Source: a virus. Taken from it: DNA of 39,320 nucleotides. The notes under the pieces are model-generated. The model worked only from the letters and a program-made list of their open reading frames with translations. It was not told the origin of the DNA and searched no databases. The translations under genes were made by a program, and so were the position numbers. Where the stretch lies: UHGV virus genome UHGV-0083030; one strand, 5' to 3'. Below are positions 34,094 through 39,320 of this stretch, piece after piece; the first letter of the stretch is position 1; every line of letters starts with the position of its first letter.

Positions 34094-34140
34094 CGGAGTC
34101 TGCAAACAGTCTGGATGACTGGATGCAAGCTCCGTTTTTT
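34094..34140 (+). terminator. Rho-independent terminator after the lysis cassette (long imperfect hairpin + T6)
   Basis: CGGAG..TGCA / TGCA..CTCCG outer stem with an inner CAGTC/GACTG stem, followed by TTTTTT. Confidence 0.55.
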
Positions 34141-34267
34141 GATCAGCATTATTATAGGTAGAAACTCGTCCGGAAATTGGGAGTTTTCCGGCAAGAAATT
34201 CTGACAAAAACAGACAAAAATACGAGATATGAAAAACTCGGAAACCCTTGTAAATAGGCGGTTTCAC

Positions 34268-34321
34268 GTTACTTCTACCGAATACTGGACAACGAAGTTT
34301 CCCATTTTCTGTAGAAGTAAC
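34268..34321. other. Candidate attP-like inverted repeat (GTTACTTCTAC ... 32 bp ... GTAGAAGTAAC) between lysis cassette and integrase 3' end
   Basis: Perfect 11-bp inverted repeat, no U-tract so not a terminator; ~54 bp overall, the size range of serine-integrase attP; canonical position between lysin and int. Confidence 0.3.
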
Positions 34322-34331
34322 CGAAAAGCCC

Positions 34332-35888
34332 CTAAATACGCGGGATTCGAGGCTTTATAGTTAGTTCAAAGGACGCATCATCTTTGTACCCTTTTTTATT
34401 TTTCTTTAATTTCTTATATTCTACACTATGTAATAGCATCTTCAAAGCTTTATTCTTCTCGGCAACAGATAAATCCCAATAGCAGGAGAGCAGACCTTTA
34501 CAGGATGGAATAAAACTATGGATATGTGCATCGTTATTTTTCTCGTATTCGATCTCTTTTTGTAAGTCGAGGATTTTATCGTCCACGGCATTAATTCGTT
34601 CCTGAAGGACGTGGGAGCGTTCCAGGAAGACTTCAGAAGAGTATACGCCCTGCTCCAAAAGATTGAAAAGGTTTTCTTTCTGAGAGAGAAGAGCAGACTT
34701 TTCTTTTTCAGTGGACTCCAGGAGATCTGTTAATTCTGGCACCTTGCTTTCAGGAGTAACATGATCTAATTCATAATCCTTTACCCATTCACTCAGCGCA
34801 TCGATGACGGAATGTTCCAGGAGATCCAGACTGCAGCCTACGGTCAGGCAGCCTTGCGTATTGCAGAGGATGGAATCATAGTCAGCACCATGCTTACTTC
34901 CGGATGGTGCGGCAGGACGCCGGAGCATTTTCTTTTTACACTGGCTGCACACAATCAATCCGGCCAGTGGATTTTTCACGCTGTACTGCTCCGGAAGTTT
35001 AGGTTTTCCTCTTCCAAGGTAGCTCTGTGCTTCCATCCAGACATCGTGATCAATGATACGAGGATGCTTGGCGTGGTATATTTCGTAATCATCGCATCGG
35101 GGACGCTTCTTCACTGGTTGACCGTCTTCCAATGCAGTAATACATTTTCTTCGACCGATTGCAACCATCTGGTCATATACCGGATTAGCCAACATTTCGC
35201 GGATCATACTGTCCGTCCATAATTTGCCGGAGCGTGTGAACATCTGGTGGTCATTCAGGTAGCGTCGGATTGTAGTTATGCCAACTCGGTCAGGTCCGGT
35301 GTAACGCGCATATACCAGTCGCACAATGGGAACCTCATCCTCTTCCAATGCAAGTGTCCATCCCTTTTCTTTTGAGAGCTTGAATCGGCGGAAACCATAA
35401 GGTGCTGCATTAAATGGCCATTTTCCTTCTTTGGCCGCTGCATAACGACCGGCCTGCATCCGGCGCTTGATGGTTTTATATTCCCGGCGTGACATGAATA
35501 ATCCGAACTCAAAGTATTCTTCATCGAATTCATTGGCAGGGTTGTAGACTTTGACTGGCGTTACGATCAGAGTATCCGTGTACTGGAATGCTCTTTGAAC
35601 AATGCCCTGATCGATGGTGTCGCCTCTGGCCAGACGTTCTACTTCCATAACCAGTACGCCTTTCCATTTGCCGGACTCCACTTCTGATAAGAGTTTTTGC
35701 ATTTCAGGACGGGCAGAAATAGAGTCACCAGAAACCACTTCACGGTAGATCGCAGTGATCGACAGATTCATCTGTTTGGCCAGATCCAGGAGTGTGCGCT
35801 CATGCCGTTCCAGGACATCTACGCCCATAGCTTCAAGAGCGGAATCACCACGGGATTTTCTCAGATAGATACAGTATTCATTTTTCAT
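34332..35888 (-). CDS. int: Large serine recombinase (phage integrase)
   Basis: 518 aa; N-terminal resolvase catalytic domain (YLRKSRGDS...), recombinase domain, zinc ribbon (CSQCKKKM...C..C), long coiled-coil C-terminus; GGAAGGTGA RBS. Confidence 0.9.
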   Translation of the reverse strand: MKNEYCIYLRKSRGDSALEAMGVDVLERHERTLLDLAKQMNLSITAIYREVVSGDSISARPEMQKLLSEVESGKWKGVLVMEVERLARGDTIDQGIVQRAFQYTDTLIVTPVKVYNPANEFDEEYFEFGLFMSRREYKTIKRRMQAGRYAAAKEGKWPFNAAPYGFRRFKLSKEKGWTLALEEDEVPIVRLVYARYTGPDRVGITTIRRYLNDHQMFTRSGKLWTDSMIREMLANPVYDQMVAIGRRKCITALEDGQPVKKRPRCDDYEIYHAKHPRIIDHDVWMEAQSYLGRGKPKLPEQYSVKNPLAGLIVCSQCKKKMLRRPAAPSGSKHGADYDSILCNTQGCLTVGCSLDLLEHSVIDALSEWVKDYELDHVTPESKVPELTDLLESTEKEKSALLSQKENLFNLLEQGVYSSEVFLERSHVLQERINAVDDKILDLQKEIEYEKNNDAHIHSFIPSCKGLLSCYWDLSVAEKNKALKMLLHSVEYKKLKKNKKGYKDDASFELTIKPRIPRI

Positions 35889-35909
35889 AACATCACCTTC
35901 CTAAGTATA

Positions 35910-35925
35910 TGTGCGACGTCGCACA
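35910..35925. promoter_or_regulatory. Perfect 16-bp palindrome TGTGCGACGTCGCACA 22 bp upstream of the integrase start codon (candidate operator)
   Basis: Exact reverse-complement symmetry; abuts a TATACT -10-like hexamer and the int RBS. Confidence 0.4.
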
Positions 35926-35980
35926 AAAATGGGTATAAAAATAACAGCCAGCGAGGAACGGGTGTTCCGCTTGCGATAGC

Positions 35981-36033
35981 TGCCCGAAGATGATACAATA
36001 TTATTCGAACGTACTAGTGTATCCTTCGGGGCA
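35981..36033. other. Second candidate attP-like site: 53-bp imperfect palindrome centred on TTCGAA, upstream of int
   Basis: TGCCCGAAGatGATACA [atattaTTCGAAcgtactag] TGTATCcTTCGGGgCA; arms ~15 bp with small bulges; centre at 36006/36007. Confidence 0.3.
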
Positions 36034-36148
36034 TTAGTCTCAACCGTCTCTGTTACCAGCAGGGGCGGTTTTTATTTGAAAGGCATATCCAACACCTCAT
36101 AAATTAGTTATATTTGAAGATTCTTATAATATCGATTGAAGATATTTT

Positions 36149-37333
36149 TTACTCATTTGTTTCGGGGAACGTAATAGAAGATATATCAGAATCTTCTTTA
36201 ATAAAAATGTTCATCCCTAAAATAGGATAATCTTTTAAAAGATTTGCACAACATTTTTGGCAAGGCGAATAGCCATTTTTTATAGCCGACACGATAGGTA
36301 ATTGGTTGTGCGATATTAATCCAGAACAATGTCTGTTTAAGTGGTACTTTTTGGTTGATTCAGAAGTCCAAACTATTAATTCCTGTTCAATAGATGTGCC
36401 AGTTATGCTGGAAAGCATAGGTACGTCTTGTGGATACAGAGAACAATGTCGATTTACTTCGGTATTTAAAGCATCTTGTATAGTAAAAAAAGGTTGCTTG
36501 TATTTGAAAAGATCCAATAGGAATAGTAATGATGCTAAACCATAGGTGTTCTTTCTTTGATTGAAATCAGTAATTAAGTTCTCGAGGCACTGGCTACTTT
36601 TATCGGAAAGACGTGTTTTGCTATGAGGAATATAATTATATACACGTCCACCATGTGCGGCAAGGTTTCGATATTCAAGACAAATAAAAAGTGTATCAGT
36701 TAATAGATTTACAATTGCGTCCATATGTTTAATATCTTTTGGAAGACCATACATTTTTGATGCCAAATCTACTTTTTGAGGTTCTTTGAATAGACGGACA
36801 AAATTGACCAATGTACTTAAAAATACGCCTTTGAAAAGAACCCAAGGAGGCACGCAGTTATATGTATCACGATAGTATTTAATAGGATTTTTATCGCTGC
36901 ATTTTGCATTTTTACGAAGCACATCGAGAATACTATTAAGAGAAAAACGGGGATCTTTAATTTTTCTATCTCGATAATTTTTAAATTGTAAATATTGTTC
37001 AGGCGATGTACCGAAGTTTCTTGCAACAATTTCAGCAGTAACAGCACGAAGGTGTTCTTCTAGATCTAGCATTGCAATCATAATAGAGTTGCGAAGAACG
37101 TGATCCAATTGGTACAAGGAAAAAAGTTGTTCAAAAGAAGTCCCTTCCTTATATCGCTTATTACCATTTCCATCGGTAATAATAAATGGTTCCTTATAGC
37201 TGTTTACAATATTATAATAGCCGTATGTTTGTAAATATGAGCAAGCTCTTTCCATATCTTCAACTTTTAGACCTTGCTTTTGCAATTTTTCTAGTTGTTC
37301 AAGTTCTGTTGTATATTCTATTTTTTCTTTCAT
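36149..37333 (-). CDS. Abi_2 family (AbiD/AbiF-like) abortive infection protein
   Basis: Start set to MKEKIEYTTELEQLEKLQKQGLKVEDMERACSYLQTYGYYNIVNSYKEPF..., which matches the Abi_2 N-terminal consensus (MKEK...LL..RGL......A...L..i.YYRLs.Y); ~394 aa; low GC; own promoter. Confidence 0.8.
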   Translation of the reverse strand: MKEKIEYTTELEQLEKLQKQGLKVEDMERACSYLQTYGYYNIVNSYKEPFIITDGNGNKRYKEGTSFEQLFSLYQLDHVLRNSIMIAMLDLEEHLRAVTAEIVARNFGTSPEQYLQFKNYRDRKIKDPRFSLNSILDVLRKNAKCSDKNPIKYYRDTYNCVPPWVLFKGVFLSTLVNFVRLFKEPQKVDLASKMYGLPKDIKHMDAIVNLLTDTLFICLEYRNLAAHGGRVYNYIPHSKTRLSDKSSQCLENLITDFNQRKNTYGLASLLFLLDLFKYKQPFFTIQDALNTEVNRHCSLYPQDVPMLSSITGTSIEQELIVWTSESTKKYHLNRHCSGLISHNQLPIVSAIKNGYSPCQKCCANLLKDYPILGMNIFIKEDSDISSITFPETNE

Positions 37334-37342
37334 AAATTTCAC

Positions 37343-37384
37343 CATAAACAAAAAGAGCCTCGAGACAACTCTCAAAGGCTCTTT
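37343..37384 (-). terminator. Intrinsic terminator-like hairpin + U-tract on the minus strand, between the Abi promoter and the Abi start codon
   Basis: AAAGAGCCU/AGGCUCUUU 9-bp stem (37352-37360 / 37376-37384) with inner GAGA/UCUC stem, followed by UUUUUGUUU running into the ATG. Confidence 0.5.
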
Positions 37385-37422
37385 CGTGACCGGACACCAG
37401 TCATTCACTAATTGCAATTAGT

Positions 37423-37450
37423 ATTATAGCATATGTAGAGACCTTGTCAA
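37423..37450 (-). promoter_or_regulatory. Near-consensus sigma70 promoter upstream of the Abi gene (-35 TTGACA, 16-nt spacer, TGcTATAAT extended -10)
   Basis: Reverse complement reads TTGACAaggtctctacatatgcTATAAT; -35 at 37445-37450, -10 at 37423-37428. Confidence 0.55.
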
Positions 37451-37502
37451 GTATTCATCAATAATGTCTTTTTTTAAATAATATTAATCATAAGTATGAA
37501 AA

Positions 37503-37958
37503 TCATATCATTTCAGTGACCATAAGATTTGGAATAAAGTAAATTATGTAGTTGTCAACAGTAGTGTATATCCCGTACTTATCTCGATAGCATTCGATAC
37601 ATTCTTCCAGAAATTCATCTGTGACTTCCAAAAATTCTGCAATCTCATACCGGTTCCGGCAACCGTGTTCATAGGCTTCGATCAGCCCCGCGAGTCCGAT
37701 CAGGCGATTATATCCGTGCAAGCGTGCCTGACGCTCCTGTTTCCGGTTCTGGATAGATTCCATATCTAAGATATTTCCAACAGTCGTATAATGATGCCCC
37801 ATTTCCTCTGCCAGTACACAGGTCTTTTCCGTTGTATTCATATCTTTTCTTAAATAAATATCTTTGCCTTTTAATCGTCCGTCGTAAGTCTTGAAAGGAC
37901 GTTCCTTTATGGAAATACCTTCGGCATTGGCTTCATCTAGTAAAGCATCGTATTCCAT
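37503..37958 (-). CDS. ImmA/IrrE-family (DUF955) metallopeptidase-like protein with a variant motif (AEEMGHH rather than HExxH)
   Basis: Start ATG 37958 (GGAGG 8 nt upstream; the track start at 37967 is a GTG inside the RBS); directly downstream of, and co-oriented with, the XRE repressor as in ImmR/ImmA pairs; ...TCVLAEEMGHHYT aligns to the ImmA AHELGH segment with the first His replaced by Glu. Confidence 0.65.
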   Translation of the reverse strand: MEYDALLDEANAEGISIKERPFKTYDGRLKGKDIYLRKDMNTTEKTCVLAEEMGHHYTTVGNILDMESIQNRKQERQARLHGYNRLIGLAGLIEAYEHGCRNRYEIAEFLEVTDEFLEECIECYRDKYGIYTTVDNYIIYFIPNLMVTEMI

Positions 37959-38010
37959 GGTCAACACCTCCAGTGTAATAGTAAATGATTAGCTGTCCGA
38001 TAAAAAGAAC

Positions 38011-38463
38011 TTAGTCCAGCATATCCTCATCGTCCTGACGTTCTTCAGGTGTGAATGGTTTTGTGCTTTCATGTGCTGCGTTTGGCATGAGATCCTCTTC
38101 CATTTGCTGATTGGTAAGAAGAGTAGTTGTATATATAGAACATTTTTTCTTGTTCTGATCGTTTAACTTCCGGTAGGAGAGAACCAGATCGCGTTCATCT
38201 TTTGTCTGGAAATGACTCTCATTAATATCGTTAGATGATTCCGGTACTTCCATGGGAACATCAAAACCCATAAGCCATAAAGGATTGACGTTTAAAATTC
38301 GAGCCATTTTTCCGCTGCTCAGATTAGAAGGTGAATGAGATCCGTTCAAGTATTGACTGATAGATGCTTTGTTCACCCCGGAAGCATTGGATAATTCTTG
38401 AGGAATCATGTTTGCGTTTGCCAGAGCTAAAGAAAGTCTTTGCGCTGTAATTGGGTTTTTCAT
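38011..38463 (-). CDS. XRE-family HTH repressor (CI/ImmR-like)
   Basis: Start ATG 38463 (AGGAGG 8 nt upstream) in the frame of track ORF 38011-38514; ITAQRLSLALANANMIPQELSNASGVNKASISQYLNG is an XRE HTH; acidic C-terminal tail; divergent from the cro-like gene. Confidence 0.75.
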   Translation of the reverse strand: MKNPITAQRLSLALANANMIPQELSNASGVNKASISQYLNGSHSPSNLSSGKMARILNVNPLWLMGFDVPMEVPESSNDINESHFQTKDERDLVLSYRKLNDQNKKKCSIYTTTLLTNQQMEEDLMPNAAHESTKPFTPEERQDDEDMLD

Positions 38464-38489
38464 ATGAGGTACCTCCTGTTGATAAATGA

Positions 38490-38518
38490 AGTATAACATA
38501 ATAATGTTAAACAATCAA
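38490..38518 (-). promoter_or_regulatory. Candidate repressor promoter (-35 TTGATT, 17-nt spacer, -10 TATACT) overlapping a GTTAAAC half-site
   Basis: Reverse complement reads TTGATTgtttaacattattatgtTATACT; GTTAAAC at 38506-38512 lies in the spacer. Confidence 0.4.
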
Positions 38519-38559
38519 ATAAAAAGTTTAATTATTTTTAACTTTCTTGTTGACAAATG

Positions 38560-38578
38560 AGTTAAACGATGTTAAACT
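38560..38578. promoter_or_regulatory. Operator-like element AGTTAAACGATGTTAAACT (two GTTnAAC palindromic 7-mers, 11 bp centre-to-centre) in the cI-cro intergenic region
   Basis: Overlaps the candidate rightward promoter (TTGACA 38550-38555; TATAAT 38578-38583); a near-identical copy lies at 39171-39189. Confidence 0.5.
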
Positions 38579-38624
38579 ATAATCATACCAAGGAAATAGA
38601 GCTTTTCGGAAAGGAGGAAGTAAA

Positions 38625-38747
38625 GTGGATGACTTGATAAAGGGCATTAAAAAAGCTGAGAAAGTGATAACCGCACTTACTCAGCTTGCCCTAAGCATCG
38701 GAACTCTCTTAGCCGTCATAAAGATGGTTGTAGAAAGTCTGATGTGA
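38625..38747 (+). CDS. Speculative 40-aa amphipathic/membrane peptide in the immunity intergenic region
   Basis: GTG 38625 with AGGAGG 7 nt upstream; (V)DDLIKGIKKAEKVITALTQLALSIGTLLAVIKMVVESLM; followed by a hairpin and T-rich tract (38752-38790). Confidence 0.25.
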   Translation: MDDLIKGIKKAEKVITALTQLALSIGTLLAVIKMVVESLM

Positions 38748-38961
38748 TTGATAAGCGGGGGAAGTAATTCCCCTTGCTTATTTGATACTTTATCATAGAT
38801 CCATTTGAAATACAACTATGCTGTTTAAGGAAGTTGTAAAACTTATTGTAAAAGTGCTTTTTCTGATAGCAGTAATACTCGGTCTCGTAATCTTGTTTGC
38901 AAAATAAGAGGCGAAAGCTGTCCTATCGGCTATACGGGGAGAAATGAGGTGAAAAAAGAAA

Positions 38962-39168
38962 ATGGGATACTCTTATGATAAGCTAAGAGGTAGAATTATT
39001 GAGAAATATGGAAGTCAGGAACGATTTGCAGAAAGCTTAGGGATTTCGACAAATTCATTATCCAAAAAGATGACTGGAAAAACAGGATTTTCGCAAAAAG
39101 ATATAGTGGTATGGTCACGCTTGCTTGAGATAGACAAAAGTGAGTATAGTGAATATTTTTTTGCTTAA
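38962..39168 (+). CDS. Cro-like small XRE HTH protein
   Basis: 68 aa; FAESLGISTNSLSKKMTGKTGFSQKDIVVWSRLL is an HTH; divergent from the repressor; GAGGTGA RBS. Confidence 0.65.
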   Translation: MGYSYDKLRGRIIEKYGSQERFAESLGISTNSLSKKMTGKTGFSQKDIVVWSRLLEIDKSEYSEYFFA

Positions 39169-39170
39169 AA

Positions 39171-39189
39171 AGTTAAACGGAGTTAAACT
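39171..39189. promoter_or_regulatory. Second operator-like element AGTTAAACGGAGTTAAACT immediately after the cro stop
   Basis: 17/19 identical to 38560-38578; same tandem GTTAAAC pair with 11-bp periodicity. Confidence 0.45.
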
Positions 39190-39320
39190 TTAGAAGGCAA
39201 TCAGATACAAAGTGAGGTGAGACATGACGGAAGAAATAGCTAGGAAGATCGCAGAACTGTTAGGTACATAAAAGTATATGAGATAAGCACTTGACAAACC
39301 TCTGAGCTGGCGCTCATCAG

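Noticed and set aside
34812-35222. 136-aa plus-strand ORF inside the integrase gene
   Set aside because: Antisense to the serine recombinase, whose catalytic and zinc-ribbon motifs are clear
38819-38908. 29-aa hydrophobic ORF (MLFKEVVKLIVKVLFLIAVILGLVILFAK) in the cI-cro intergenic region
   Set aside because: No recognisable RBS upstream of the ATG; could still be a type I toxin-like peptide but the evidence is too thin to call
39290-39320. Shared AAACCTCT 8-mer at window end and start as a possible terminal repeat
   Set aside because: 8-bp identity is well within chance; no extended direct repeat seen

Overview
The window reads as an essentially complete temperate siphovirus genome (prophage or circular phage contig) from a low-GC Firmicutes/Clostridia-type host. 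Almost every gene is on the + strand, and I see no host genes. All homology calls below are from reading the translations by eye; no database search was possible.

Gene order, 5'->3' on +:
- An early region of small genes (including an RHH protein and a DUF3846-like protein).
- A recombination/replication module: Gp157-like, AAA_24/Sak4-like ATPase, DUF669, ERCC4-type nuclease, CHC2 zinc-finger primase-like protein, and a large P-loop helicase-like protein.
- An AT-rich iteron array (putative ori).
- A chain of translationally coupled small ORFs (DUF551; an ArpU/RinA-like late regulator).
- DUF4417 plus a pair of paralogous Gly-rich genes, one interrupted at a G8 homopolymer.
- Packaging and head genes: TerS, TerL, SPP1-type portal, a MuF minor head protein with a low-GC C-terminal HExxH extension, a Prp cysteine protease, scaffold and major capsid.
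- Tail genes: head-tail joining proteins, major tail protein, tail chaperone with a -1 frameshift site, tape measure (1115 aa), Dit, and a 1016-aa Tal/receptor-binding protein with collagen-like repeats.
- Lysis genes: holin, a Hol-Tox-like peptide, and a GH25 endolysin with ChW repeats.

After the lysis genes comes a minus-strand lysogeny block: large serine integrase, an Abi_2 (AbiD/F-like) abortive-infection gene, an ImmA-like peptidase and an XRE repressor. A cro-like gene sits divergently at the window end. The lysogeny/early boundary therefore wraps around the window ends, which fits a circular genome.

The most interesting candidates are:
- The MuF-HExxH fusion with a small downstream partner, in a low-GC island.
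- The Prp protease with LQ[LI]FA motifs on scaffold, capsid and the major tail protein.
- A minus-strand zinc-ribbon/DUF4145-like moron with its own promoter and a bidirectional terminator.
- The G8-interrupted paralog pair.
- The GTTACA iteron array.
- Tandem GTTAAAC operator pairs.
- A promoter followed by a terminator in the leader of the Abi gene.
- Two candidate attP-like inverted repeats flanking the integrase.
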